Source of the DNA: a virus
IMG/VR virus record: IMGVR_UViG_3300038463_000401
Reading direction: 5' to 3' (one strand)
DNA length: 64,000 nt
Of this stretch, positions 1-9,097 are shown in pieces; position 1 is the first letter of the stretch, and each line of letters starts with the position of its first letter. Made by a program: the position numbers and the translations under genes. The notes beneath the pieces are model-generated. The model was given only the letters and a program-made list of their open reading frames with translations, searched no databases and was not told the DNA's origin.

Positions 1-2
1 AC

Positions 3-1583
3 ATCGACAACGCCGCGGCGCCGGACATTGTCGACCGCATTGAGCATGGCGATTACCCGGACTGGTCGATGGGCACGAAGGTTCCTTACGACGTCTGCAA
101 CCTTTGCCTGAACAAGGCACCGACACGCAAGCAATACTGCGAGCACCTCAAATATTACATGGGCCGCATCCCGCCCGGCTATGACCGCGTGGCCTATGCG
201 ATCAACGACTTCCCGCGCTTCTTCGACATCAGCCAAGTGCTGATCGGCGCCGACCGCATTGCCAAGACGCATATGAAGGTCGCGCACGCGCGCAGCCCAT
301 ACCTTCATATCAGCTCCGCTGCGCTTGCCGATAAGCTCGCCGAGGCCAAGGCCGCCGCGGAGAAGAAGGTCGCAGTCATGGACAAAGAGGTGCCCGCCAA
401 TGCACCGCCTGCGTCCGTAAGCTCCCTGAGAGACCTTCTCAGCGCGATCCCGGAAGTGAAGTCCCGCGAGATGCCGCTGCCCACCGAGGTCCTCAACCGC
501 CTCGGCGCCGCCGGCATGCCGGCCGCATCGTCAACCCTTGCCTCTTTGGGGATACTCCCCAAGCCGCAGGAGTTCCAACGCATCGTCCTCATCAGCATGG
601 GCCAGCGCGCCGCGGCCGACGCTCTTGACCAGCGGAACATGTGCTTTGACCCTATGGACGGGGAGGAGTCTCCGGAAGCTGAGGCTAGGCTGGGGCTAAG
701 CGCCACGCGCTTTGACCCTGCTATCATGCAGCTTCTCTTGCCGTTTATGTCAGAGAGAAGCTATGCCGCGCCGCACCTCGGGCCGCGGCTCGTCATTATG
801 GTCAAGCGCGCCGCCGCGGCCCCGCTTCCAACTTTCATAAAATTAGGTAATGATAACGATGAACGCAAGCCAATCGGGATCCTTCCTATGCTTGCATTGG
901 CGGCGGGTATGTACGCTGTCTTTGCAAGGAAGGCCCCTCCCGAAGCAGTGAAAGGGATCGACAAACTCGTTGCGTCGCATCCTGGGTTAGCCGCTGCTTT
1001 TGGGCTTGGACTTTACGCAACTTTCAATGAGTTGGTAAAGCCTACGCAAAAAGGAAATGCAGTGCCCGGCGAGCATTATGTAAACCCCGATACTGTCGAT
1101 GTGTTCAAGCGCATCGAAGAGCAGAAATCTAAGCCGTACACCAAGGTGGCCTTTCAAGTGGGCCCCGCGGCAAAACGGCTGTTCATTGGTATTCCTGCCG
1201 CCTATATGGCATCGGGTGTTCTGCAGAAGCATAAAGAGTTCAACCCTTCAGACGAAGAAGGCCGAATGAAATCATTCGTTCGGCGCAACCCTGACGTTTT
1301 GAGCGGTGCTCTCATTGCGGATGCTCTGCTGTCTCTTCATGGCAAAGGAACCCACGGACTCGTTAAACGCTTCGCCAAAAGCGCAGCGCTTGCTAACGAG
1401 ATCATGGGTGACGACGTCCTGTCGAAAACAGCATCGGCTCAGGAGTTTCTTACCAACGCTGTGATTCCTGCACTGGCGTTAGGGAAGGTCAACTTACCTG
1501 GGAGGATCGTCGGGGGCCTCTTCGATCAAGCGGCTTTGGAAGTATCGAAGAAGTTTCTAGATAGAAATTCAGGGGCGACCTAA
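3..1583 (+). CDS. Prohead (capsid maturation) protease with long C-terminal extension, 5'-truncated
   Basis: Frame is open from base 3 (IDNAAAPDIVDRIEHGDYPDWSMGTKVPYDVC). SMG resembles the catalytic-Ser motif and FFDISQVLIGAD resembles the EVSLVxxPA motif of HK97-type proteases; CxxC insert; lies upstream of the capsid genes. Confidence 0.75.
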   Translation: MDNAAAPDIVDRIEHGDYPDWSMGTKVPYDVCNLCLNKAPTRKQYCEHLKYYMGRIPPGYDRVAYAINDFPRFFDISQVLIGADRIAKTHMKVAHARSPYLHISSAALADKLAEAKAAAEKKVAVMDKEVPANAPPASVSSLRDLLSAIPEVKSREMPLPTEVLNRLGAAGMPAASSTLASLGILPKPQEFQRIVLISMGQRAAADALDQRNMCFDPMDGEESPEAEARLGLSATRFDPAIMQLLLPFMSERSYAAPHLGPRLVIMVKRAAAAPLPTFIKLGNDNDERKPIGILPMLALAAGMYAVFARKAPPEAVKGIDKLVASHPGLAAAFGLGLYATFNELVKPTQKGNAVPGEHYVNPDTVDVFKRIEEQKSKPYTKVAFQVGPAAKRLFIGIPAAYMASGVLQKHKEFNPSDEEGRMKSFVRRNPDVLSGALIADALLSLHGKGTHGLVKRFAKSAALANEIMGDDVLSKTASAQEFLTNAVIPALALGKVNLPGRIVGGLFDQAALEVSKKFLDRNSGAT

Positions 1584-1598
1584 ACACTTTAAGGAGCT

Positions 1599-2231
1599 AT
1601 GAACATGCCTACATTGCAAGAATTGTTGATGAGCGACGTCATGGGTTCGACCCAGACCAAGACAGCGGCTGCTGCCCCGGCGCAAGCCGGTGATGATGCT
1701 AGCCTTGAGAAGATCGCGATGGAGCTCGGCCTCTTTAGCGATAGCGAAGCTGCCCCGGCGGCCAAGACCGCTGCGGCGACCACTTCGGAAGTGTTAGCTG
1801 CTGCGGAAGCGGCTGCTGCCCCTGCCGAGAAGGTTGCTTCGGAAGGCTTCGGCGGCCTGTACGAATCCCTGTTCCCCGACGACTCCCTGGGCGGATCGGT
1901 CAAGACCGCGGAAGAAGAAAAAATCGCGGCGGAAGAAGCCCTAGGCGCCCGCACCTGGGATCATTTCGCTGCGCGCTTCGACGCCCGCATCGAAAAGCTG
2001 GCATACGCCGCGTTGTCGGGCTCGGCCCACAAAGGGGACACCGAAGCCCCGAACCACATTCCGAACAACAAGGGCCAACGCGACGCCGGTGGCGGCGCGA
2101 TCAACACGACCCCGTCTGTCGAAGACTCGGTCAAGGACCTTCATCCGGAAGGCGGCGTCGGCAAGTATGAGCACGGCCACAAAACGGCCGCGGTGCGGAA
2201 GCAAATGCTTCTCGCCATGCTCGACGGCTAA
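1599..2231 (+). CDS. Acidic Ala-rich head (scaffold/internal) protein with many K-x-A motifs
   Basis: RBS TAAGGAG; low complexity; KTA/KIA/KVA/KLA repeated; between protease and capsid. Confidence 0.6.
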   Translation: MNMPTLQELLMSDVMGSTQTKTAAAAPAQAGDDASLEKIAMELGLFSDSEAAPAAKTAAATTSEVLAAAEAAAAPAEKVASEGFGGLYESLFPDDSLGGSVKTAEEEKIAAEEALGARTWDHFAARFDARIEKLAYAALSGSAHKGDTEAPNHIPNNKGQRDAGGGAINTTPSVEDSVKDLHPEGGVGKYEHGHKTAAVRKQMLLAMLDG

Positions 2232-2276
2232 ATCGCCCTGTTAGGGCAACCAAAACAAACTTTAAGGAGTTACAAC

Positions 2277-2996
2277 ATGCGTTTCGAAGATTTGAGCCCT
2301 GCCGACCAGGCGTTGGTCAACACCGATTTCGGCACCATGGACAAGGTCGCCGAAGAAATGGTGAAAGAAGCGTCTGAGTGCTACGAACGCGGCTTCGAGA
2401 AGACCGCCCTTGAAATCGCCGACGGCCTGGACAAGGCTGCTAGCGAAGAAAAAGAAGACAAGGAAGAAGAAGGCAAGCACGACGAAGAAAGCGAAAAGAA
2501 GGCGGAGCAATTGGCCTCCTTCTATGAGCGCGGCGTGTTTGACGGCCTCGCGAAGTTGGGTGCGGCGCGCCACGGCGACGAAATGCACTACTTCTGGCCG
2601 TTCGTCGAAGAGAAGGTCGCGGCTGAAGGCGCCCAAGCTGCGCTGGTCAAGCTCGGCAAAGTGATGGAATTCCTCGCGAACGCCGGCAAGAGCATGTCCC
2701 CGAAAGCCGTCTTTAGCCACGCGCGCAAGGCTGCGGTTGGCGAGCGCACCGTCGGCGCTAAGGCTGCTGGCAAAGCGGCTGAAAAGAAGATCCTCGCTAG
2801 AGCGGGCGACTCTGGCAACTTGAACGACGCCCAAGGCAAGCTCCTTGAGCGCGCGCGCAAGCTGCAAAAGACGACCCATCTGGGCAAAGGCGAGCGCGCC
2901 GCTGAAGCGGGCAAAGCTCTCGGCAAGGGTGCCGTGTATGCCGGCGCTGCCGGTGGCGCCGCGGCAGCGGCGCACCACGCTGCCAAGAAAGACTGA
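2277..2996 (+). CDS. Head/internal protein, acidic N-half, basic Ala/Gly-rich C-half
   Basis: RBS TAAGGAG; contains YERGFEKTA and other K-x-A motifs; C-terminal GAVYAGAAGGAAAA. Confidence 0.6.
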   Translation: MRFEDLSPADQALVNTDFGTMDKVAEEMVKEASECYERGFEKTALEIADGLDKAASEEKEDKEEEGKHDEESEKKAEQLASFYERGVFDGLAKLGAARHGDEMHYFWPFVEEKVAAEGAQAALVKLGKVMEFLANAGKSMSPKAVFSHARKAAVGERTVGAKAAGKAAEKKILARAGDSGNLNDAQGKLLERARKLQKTTHLGKGERAAEAGKALGKGAVYAGAAGGAAAAAHHAAKKD

Positions 2997-3002
2997 TCCA
3001 AC

Positions 3003-3032
3003 GCGGGGCGGAGCTTGTGGCTTCCGCCCCGC
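3003..3032 (+). terminator. GC-rich intergenic hairpin (attenuator or stability stem)
   Basis: GCGGGGCGGA...TCCGCCCCGC right after the stop at 2996; weak U-tract. Confidence 0.45.
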
Positions 3033-3055
3033 ACCCTCTTCTTAAGGAATCACCC

Positions 3056-3424
3056 ATGCCAACAGTGAATGATATCTTGGCCGACTTCGACCGGCTGACC
3101 GAGAAGAGAGCGGCTGCTGCCCCGCGGCGTGACCCAGCCGAGCAGGCTGACGACGTGGTCAAGCTTGCTGAGCGCTTGGTTCGCAATGACCAAGTCAAGG
3201 TAGCTGCGCCGTCTCGCGATGAGGGCTCGCTGATCGCCAAGCTCGCTAGCAGCCTTGCGCTTACCGATACCCTGCTCAACTTGGGCACCCTGTCCAAGAT
3301 CGCCGAGGTTGAGGAAAGGGCGCGTGCGGCGGGGGCCAGCGATGCCACGATCGACCAATTCTTCGAGAAGAACGCTTCGTCATTTCAGATGGTTAGCGTA
3401 CTTCAGTTAATGCCCTGGCTCTGA
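3056..3424 (+). CDS. Small head-module protein with K-x-A motifs
   Basis: ATG 3056 preferred over the track start 3017 because TAAGGA precedes it; EKRA, KVA, KLA, KIA, EKNA. Confidence 0.6.
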   Translation: MPTVNDILADFDRLTEKRAAAAPRRDPAEQADDVVKLAERLVRNDQVKVAAPSRDEGSLIAKLASSLALTDTLLNLGTLSKIAEVEERARAAGASDATIDQFFEKNASSFQMVSVLQLMPWL

Positions 3425-3431
3425 GGTATGC

Positions 3432-4349
3432 GTGGACGAGTCGCTTGAAAAAGCCGCAGTCAGTGCGGCCACCCGGACCGCATTAAGCCATGCGGCCAGA
3501 GGCGTCTCTTCCGTTCGCGCAAAGCTTCAGCGTCTTCTCAAGAAGGGGCGAACGCCGCGTCCGCTTGGCACGCCTAAGCGTCGTGCAGATGGCGTAGGTC
3601 TGAAAGTCCCCAAGCGTTTCGCCTCTGGCATTAGCGAGAAGGACAAAGAAAAGGCCTACCGCGGCTACCGGGCGCAGGCGATGCGGTCAGGGGAGGATTC
3701 CCTCGTCGGCTACTTCCCTAAGATGCTTGCCGAGAAACTCCTGGGCAAGAAGCGGGTAGGTAAGGCACTGTGGAAGGGAATACACGAGCCTGCTCTCAGG
3801 GCGGATACCGCGATCGGCGACGTTCTTGCCAAAATGCCAGGCGTCGGCGGCCTCTTTAAGTCCAAGGAACAGATCCCGTGGGGCAAGGGCCTCCACAAAG
3901 ATGTCACCCGCTCGTCGGCGCTGGGCCCCCTGACCAAGCTTCGAGATGTAGCAGAACCAATCGCTCTTGGTGTAGGATTGGAGCGTGGCATCCACAAAGT
4001 CAAAGAGATCACGGGGAGAAACCACGAGAACAGCATGGATGACTTTGAACTGCGAAAGGAAGCGGCTTCAACCATGCTCCGTCTCCATCAGGAGAATAAG
4101 GAGCATACGAAGCGGGCGCACGCTCTTCGGCTGTTGTATAAACAGGCGGAGCTCGGCCAATCAGTATTACCGCAGACCCTCAGTGAGCTCGAAGAAAAGC
4201 TTGCCTCACTAGTCAACCAAGATCTCGTAGTGTTTGAGAAGGCACTGGAATTAGCTGGCGGTTCAATGAAGCTGGGTGAGCTTAGCCGAGATGAGGCAAG
4301 GCCATTTAGCGCCGAAGAACAATTCCGGGCCTCCGTCCTTAGTGATTAA
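3432..4349 (+). CDS. Bipartite protein: basic N-domain plus helical scaffold-like C-domain
   Basis: GTG start; R/K-rich first ~200 aa; in-frame ATG 4035 begins MDDFELRKEAASTML; directly before the decoration and capsid genes. Confidence 0.55.
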   Translation: MDESLEKAAVSAATRTALSHAARGVSSVRAKLQRLLKKGRTPRPLGTPKRRADGVGLKVPKRFASGISEKDKEKAYRGYRAQAMRSGEDSLVGYFPKMLAEKLLGKKRVGKALWKGIHEPALRADTAIGDVLAKMPGVGGLFKSKEQIPWGKGLHKDVTRSSALGPLTKLRDVAEPIALGVGLERGIHKVKEITGRNHENSMDDFELRKEAASTMLRLHQENKEHTKRAHALRLLYKQAELGQSVLPQTLSELEEKLASLVNQDLVVFEKALELAGGSMKLGELSRDEARPFSAEEQFRASVLSD

Positions 4350-4372
4350 GAAAACTTTTGGAGGAAGAGAAG

Positions 4373-4855
4373 ATGACTCAGTTAGTGGTTGCGATTGGCC
4401 AAGCTTCGATCGTTCCGGTCCAACAAGACCTGACGACGCAGTATGCGCCTCTCGAGATCCTTCGCGGTTTCGAGCAGATGAAGCGGGTGGACTACCCGAT
4501 GACGCCCGGCGTCGCCTTGAACAAGGGTGAATGGGGCTGTCTCAATGACAGCGGCGTCGTTACCCGCCCGACGGGTACCGCTGTGCAGGCGACGTACCTG
4601 TGCTTTGCGGGCACGGAACAGTTTGACTCCGCCGCCACCGGCGCGGTCACCCTGCTCCCGAACTCCTTGGTGCGCATCCAAACGTCGATGTACAACACTG
4701 CTGGTACCTACCACGTCGGCACGCCGCTGACCGTGAAGGATACCGGCGGTGGAGTCGCGGTCGTCACGCCGGCCGCGGGCGGTGACCCCGTCCTGGCTCG
4801 TTGCGTGGTCGTTCCGACGAGTGGTTCGATCGTGTACGACACGGTCTGCACCTAA
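4373..4855 (+). CDS. Probable capsid decoration (cement) protein
   Basis: ATG 4373 after GGAGG; ~160 aa, beta-rich, T/G/V-rich; directly upstream of the major capsid gene. Confidence 0.65.
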   Translation: MTQLVVAIGQASIVPVQQDLTTQYAPLEILRGFEQMKRVDYPMTPGVALNKGEWGCLNDSGVVTRPTGTAVQATYLCFAGTEQFDSAATGAVTLLPNSLVRIQTSMYNTAGTYHVGTPLTVKDTGGGVAVVTPAAGGDPVLARCVVVPTSGSIVYDTVCT

Positions 4856-4899
4856 CACCTGGCTTCAAGCCTTAAACTAAAGAAAGAGGAGAGATACTC

Positions 4900-5823
4900 A
4901 TGGAAGGTTTGGACGCCCAGACATTCAACAACCTCTTCATCGAGAGGTTGGACACGACGGAAGGGATCCAGAAGACCGCGGCTGGCGGCGCTGCTTTCGT
5001 CCGTGCGAAGATTCGTGAAATTGGCTTCGGCCGGCGCATCTTGCCGCCGGAATCCGTCACCCGCGCGGACCTGACGCGCTCCACCGATCACGACACGCTG
5101 ATCAAAATCGTGGACATCGAACACGATTCGACGGCGCTCGCGGTCAACTTCGCTTCCGAAGCGAACGAGCGCTACCTGCAAGGCAAGCGCTACGCGTTGC
5201 CGTTCTTCAAGATCGAGTCGGACAAGTTCATCAAGTCCGAAGGCGAGCTCTTGGCCTATGATTACCCGATCACGAAAGTGATCGAAGAAAACTCGGTCAA
5301 GGACATCCAACGCGTTGAAGACATCCAGTTCATCAACTACGCGGACGCTGCGATTGCCGTCACCGGCAAACTGCTCGTCTCGGCCGCCACCGCGGTTGAT
5401 CGCGTCCAGATGAACAGCCTGTTCAAGATGATCGACTTTGACAAGTTGACCGTCGGCTGCGCTTTGATGAACACCGTCGACTACGACGACTGGATGGTCC
5501 AACCGGCCACCGACGTCGGCTCGCCGCTCGCTTCCGAAATGACGGTCGAAGGGTACAAGTACCAGACCATCATGAACCGTAAGCTGGTCGTGACCAACAA
5601 GACGGACATCATCATCCCGGGCGAGATCTACGCCTTCACCGAGCCCGCATATCTCGGCAACTTCTTCATCCTGAACGACGTCAAGTTCTGGATCAAGAAA
5701 GAAGCCGACCTTGTGATCTGGAAGACGTGGGAATACATTGCCGAAGGCTTCGGCAATATCAAGTCGATCGCCAAGATCGAACTGCAAGTCCCGACGCCGC
5801 TCCCGGTCAACGGCACTGTCTAA
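4900..5823 (+). CDS. Major capsid protein (probable HK97 fold)
   Basis: 307 aa; strong RBS; extreme C/G-ending codon bias; REIGFGRRILPP and NSVKDIQRVED motifs; followed by a terminator; IQKTA at residues 23-27. Confidence 0.85.
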   Translation: MEGLDAQTFNNLFIERLDTTEGIQKTAAGGAAFVRAKIREIGFGRRILPPESVTRADLTRSTDHDTLIKIVDIEHDSTALAVNFASEANERYLQGKRYALPFFKIESDKFIKSEGELLAYDYPITKVIEENSVKDIQRVEDIQFINYADAAIAVTGKLLVSAATAVDRVQMNSLFKMIDFDKLTVGCALMNTVDYDDWMVQPATDVGSPLASEMTVEGYKYQTIMNRKLVVTNKTDIIIPGEIYAFTEPAYLGNFFILNDVKFWIKKEADLVIWKTWEYIAEGFGNIKSIAKIELQVPTPLPVNGTV

Positions 5824-5835
5824 GCATTAGCTCCT

Positions 5836-5867
5836 AGCAGGGGCCCAGTGGTTGGGCCCCTGCTTTG
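5836..5867 (+). terminator. Intrinsic terminator after major capsid gene
   Basis: AGCAGGGGCCCA-gtggt-TGGGCCCCTGCT, 12-bp stem, short T run. Confidence 0.7.
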
Positions 5868-5893
5868 AGGCTTCCAGTTTCTTGGAGAACACA

Positions 5894-6451
5894 ATGGCTC
5901 AGCATCAAGACCAAAAAAAGTATCTAGTCTATAATGAGACCCGCAAAGAAGCTCCGAAGTCCGGTCGTGATACCAGGACCACGGCGCAAAAGGTCGGGCA
6001 CTCATTGTCCTTCGTCGACCATACCGGTGTGAACCGGATACTAGTCGCTGGCGGCCGCCCCGTCATGGTTGATAAGGTCCCTCCGGGCCTCTTCGCTCTG
6101 GCGATGCCAGACGAGAACGGTGACGTCCATGTGCGCATCCGCGAAGTGGACAACATCGTCGAGGCGCTCAAAGAACACGCGGCCCCGGTACGTCAAGTCC
6201 CGGTGCGCCAAAAGGCATTCCCCGAGGGAGTGCCGCCAGTGGGCGTTAACCCACGGTCGCAGCCTGTCGGAGAACGTCAGGCGAAGGCTGTTGAAATGGG
6301 CCAAGATACGCACCAACAGCGTGGAGGCTCCGAACATGAAGGTGCAGTCAACCCGGACGGGGATCCGAACTTCCTAGTTCGCGCGCCGTCCGGTAACCAA
6401 CATGGCCGCCGCAGCCGTAAAAAGGATGGGGCGGTCAACCTGCAAGGATGA
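5894..6451 (+). CDS. Hypothetical protein, head-neck region
   Basis: ATG 5894 preceded by GGAGAACAC (5884-5892). Confidence 0.55.
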   Translation: MAQHQDQKKYLVYNETRKEAPKSGRDTRTTAQKVGHSLSFVDHTGVNRILVAGGRPVMVDKVPPGLFALAMPDENGDVHVRIREVDNIVEALKEHAAPVRQVPVRQKAFPEGVPPVGVNPRSQPVGERQAKAVEMGQDTHQQRGGSEHEGAVNPDGDPNFLVRAPSGNQHGRRSRKKDGAVNLQG

Positions 6452-6454
6452 TCG

Positions 6455-6922
6455 ATGTTCCAGGATGAACATGCCCGTAAGCGCAACGAGAAGGCGAAGA
6501 GATATCTTCGCCTTTTTATGCGAGACACGCCCGCAACCAACCGACTAATCCGCAGGGAAGAGTCGGATGACGATATGATGCAGTTCGCTATCGACATGGC
6601 GATCTCCGACTGGAATGCCACGACACCGCCTATTCAACCGGTAACGATCGGCAACTTCCCCAGCCTCTACCTGCTTTTGCATGGCGCGGCCGTCCAGCTC
6701 TTAAAGAGTGAAGGCCTCGTGCAGTCGCGCAACGAGCTGAACTACTCCGCCGGCGGGTCGTCGTTCATTCGTTCGAACAAGACTAACTACTACATGCAGT
6801 GGATGACGAACTTTGCGAACGAGTGGGAGACGAAGAAGCGGAATCTCAAGATCGCGCAGAACATTGGGCGCGGCTGGGGCGGCGTGAGTTCGGAATATGA
6901 CCAGCTCGGCTATAGTTGGTGA
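6455..6922 (+). CDS. Probable head-tail adaptor (neck) protein
   Basis: 155 aa, helical; AIDMAISDWNATTPP and QSRNELNYSAGG; first conserved-looking gene after the capsid. Confidence 0.6.
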   Translation: MFQDEHARKRNEKAKRYLRLFMRDTPATNRLIRREESDDDMMQFAIDMAISDWNATTPPIQPVTIGNFPSLYLLLHGAAVQLLKSEGLVQSRNELNYSAGGSSFIRSNKTNYYMQWMTNFANEWETKKRNLKIAQNIGRGWGGVSSEYDQLGYSW

Positions 6923-6929
6923 GATATCA

Positions 6930-7538
6930 ATGAGTTATAGACAAAGAGGCAGAGCAAGTTACAACGGCCGCGGGCGCAGTCCTACGGGCTGCCCCCGCTG
7001 CGAGGGCTCTGCGCCTATGACTGAAACCTTGTATAAGGCCAATCTAGGGGTGTTAAAGCCGTGCTGCACAGAGTGCGAACCAGAAGTTTTAGCCAAGAAG
7101 CAGCGGGATGTGGCTCGGGTAGCCGCATGGCGAAAGAAGAAAGAAGATCTGAAAGAATATCGAGCCGCTGAAGCGAGAAAGTACAGGGCAGATCATCCTG
7201 AAACGGTTCAGGCTTATCAGCGGGAGTGGGCCGAGAAAAATAAAGACAAGCTGCGTGCATGCAGTCGGGACTGGCGCAAAGCCAATCCCTGGGCAGGTCG
7301 CGCAGCTGCCGCGCACCACCGCGCTCTAATCCGCCAGCGCACTGTAAAGTGGGCAGACAGGGAGGCTCTCAAAGCCTTTTACAAAGCTTGCCCCGAAGGT
7401 ATGGTTGTCGACCACATCATCCCGCTCAAAGGTAAAAATGTTTGCGGTCTCCATGTAGTCAACAACCTGCAATACTTGACCTTTGAAGATAACGGTAAGA
7501 AGAGCAACCACTTCGACCAAGAAAAGATCCGCGCATGA
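6930..7538 (+). CDS. Free-standing HNH endonuclease
   Basis: VVDHIIPLKGKNVCGLHVVNNLQYLTFEDNGKKSN HNH motif; N-terminal CxxC pairs and basic helix. Confidence 0.85.
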   Translation: MSYRQRGRASYNGRGRSPTGCPRCEGSAPMTETLYKANLGVLKPCCTECEPEVLAKKQRDVARVAAWRKKKEDLKEYRAAEARKYRADHPETVQAYQREWAEKNKDKLRACSRDWRKANPWAGRAAAAHHRALIRQRTVKWADREALKAFYKACPEGMVVDHIIPLKGKNVCGLHVVNNLQYLTFEDNGKKSNHFDQEKIRA

Positions 7539-7774
7539 CCCTCGACCTCCATTTCTGGCGCGGCTTCACCAAAAGAGCCGAGATCCTCTCGGACTTCTCC
7601 GGCGATGGCAACGACCGCTGCTCTGAGCTTAAGTCCCACCACCCCTTGACCAGCATGATGTTTCGCACCGACGACGGCCCGGATCTTGGCAAGAGGTTTG
7701 TGACAACCGGAGGGCCTAGACTGGATGCGTTGACGATCCACGACCGCGAGCACCCGACTGGAGGTATGGCATGA
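7535..7774 (+). CDS. Small protein with FWxGFxKxA leader
   Basis: MTLDLHFWRGFTKRA; ATGA overlap with the upstream gene. Confidence 0.6.
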   Translation: MTLDLHFWRGFTKRAEILSDFSGDGNDRCSELKSHHPLTSMMFRTDDGPDLGKRFVTTGGPRLDALTIHDREHPTGGMA

Positions 7775-7962
7775 GCAGCTTCTGGGCAGGCTTCGAGAAA
7801 CGCGCCGCCGAGGTCATGGACGACACCTCGTTCTCCCAAACACCGATCACTCCGCGCCAGACTACCTTCATGACCGACATGGGCACGGCTTCCAAGAAGC
7901 GCAGCAGCGAGCATATAAAGTACGAAGACAACTACAGCACCACTGGTGCTTTTGGGTACTAA
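7771..7962 (+). CDS. Small protein with FWxGFxKxA leader
   Basis: MSSFWAGFEKRAA; GGAGG upstream. Confidence 0.65.
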   Translation: MSSFWAGFEKRAAEVMDDTSFSQTPITPRQTTFMTDMGTASKKRSSEHIKYEDNYSTTGAFGY

Positions 7963-8829
7963 ATGGCGGGTAAGCTAAAAGACATTCGTTTCGAACCGCT
8001 CAGCGTGCAAGTGCTGAGCATTCAGCACGTCTCGCGTGTGCTCATCGAATGGAACATCCGCAGGACTGCCCAGAACCTGAATAATCTCGTCTATTTCATA
8101 GACAGAGGCGAGAGCCCTTCAGAGATGAAGCAGCTCAACACCGTAGGCATCGGTGGCTACGCCATCTACCAGTTCGTTGACTACACGGCACAGCTCTTCG
8201 ATCTCTCAAAGGTCTATTACTACCGCGTGCGTGCCGTGGAGATGCAGTCCGGCGTCCCCGTGCAGACGTTCTACTCGGAGCACTCCACCTGGCAGGGTAA
8301 CCTTGACCTGGTCGGCCTGTATGTGGTCGAGGAGCACCTGTTCCTTGAACGGTTCGTGGCCGGCGTCCCCGTCATGATCTTCAAGAAGCGGCGCGAGGGC
8401 GCTAAGTGCCCTGAGTGCTGGGATCCTATCCTGCATAGGGTGACCAAGAGCAGCTGCACGACCTGCTACGGCACGGGGAAGTTGGGGGGCTACTACCCGC
8501 CGATCGAAGGCTGGATGCTTGTCGAGCCGGATCCTAAGATGGCCCAGGTTGCCGAGTGGGGCCGCTCTCAGCCCAACCAGACAGATCTCCAGTTCACAAA
8601 CTACCCGCTCCTAGTGGATGATGACGTTATCGTCGAGATGAAGTCCGACAAGCGGTGGAAGATATCGAACACGCGCAAGGCGGAGAAGAACCGGTCGACG
8701 ATGCTGCAGATCTTCCGGGTGTCCGCGGTGAACCCGACGGACATTGAATACAAGGTTTATGTACCTGAGGATCGGCGCGCGGAACTGGTCAAAGAGCTTG
8801 AGGAGCGTAACCGTGAGCGGGAGTTCTAA
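7963..8829 (+). CDS. Probable neck/head-closure protein with Zn-finger insert
   Basis: CPECWDP...CTTCYGTG; beta-rich C-terminus; lies between adaptor and tail terminator. Confidence 0.6.
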   Translation: MAGKLKDIRFEPLSVQVLSIQHVSRVLIEWNIRRTAQNLNNLVYFIDRGESPSEMKQLNTVGIGGYAIYQFVDYTAQLFDLSKVYYYRVRAVEMQSGVPVQTFYSEHSTWQGNLDLVGLYVVEEHLFLERFVAGVPVMIFKKRREGAKCPECWDPILHRVTKSSCTTCYGTGKLGGYYPPIEGWMLVEPDPKMAQVAEWGRSQPNQTDLQFTNYPLLVDDDVIVEMKSDKRWKISNTRKAEKNRSTMLQIFRVSAVNPTDIEYKVYVPEDRRAELVKELEERNREREF

Positions 8830-9097
8830 CTTCTGGGCAGGCTTCGAGAAGCGCGCTGCTAGCATGTCCGGCATTCCGGGTATGCAGTCCGGCGCGTCTC
8901 GCCTGGGTACCACCACGGTGCCTAAGCCCGGGATCACGTCCGTGCCCAAGGCCGCCAAGCTAGCTCTGCCAACACCTAAGCCCATCGCGCCCACGACCAC
9001 GGCCGCCGTATTGCCGAAGGCCCCTTCCCCAACGAAGGTGCATGTCCCCAAGCCGACGGTGCAAGCTGGCGCTGGCGTGTCGAGCATGGCTATATGA
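8813..9097 (+). CDS. Pro/Thr/Lys-rich protein with FWxGFxKxA leader
   Basis: GTG 8813 after GAGGAG gives VSGSSNFWAGFEKRAA. Confidence 0.6.
   Translation: MSGSSNFWAGFEKRAASMSGIPGMQSGASRLGTTTVPKPGITSVPKAAKLALPTPKPIAPTTTAAVLPKAPSPTKVHVPKPTVQAGAGVSSMAI

Noticed and set aside
4900-5823. Encapsulin
   Set aside because: Size is similar, but the context is a full phage head operon.
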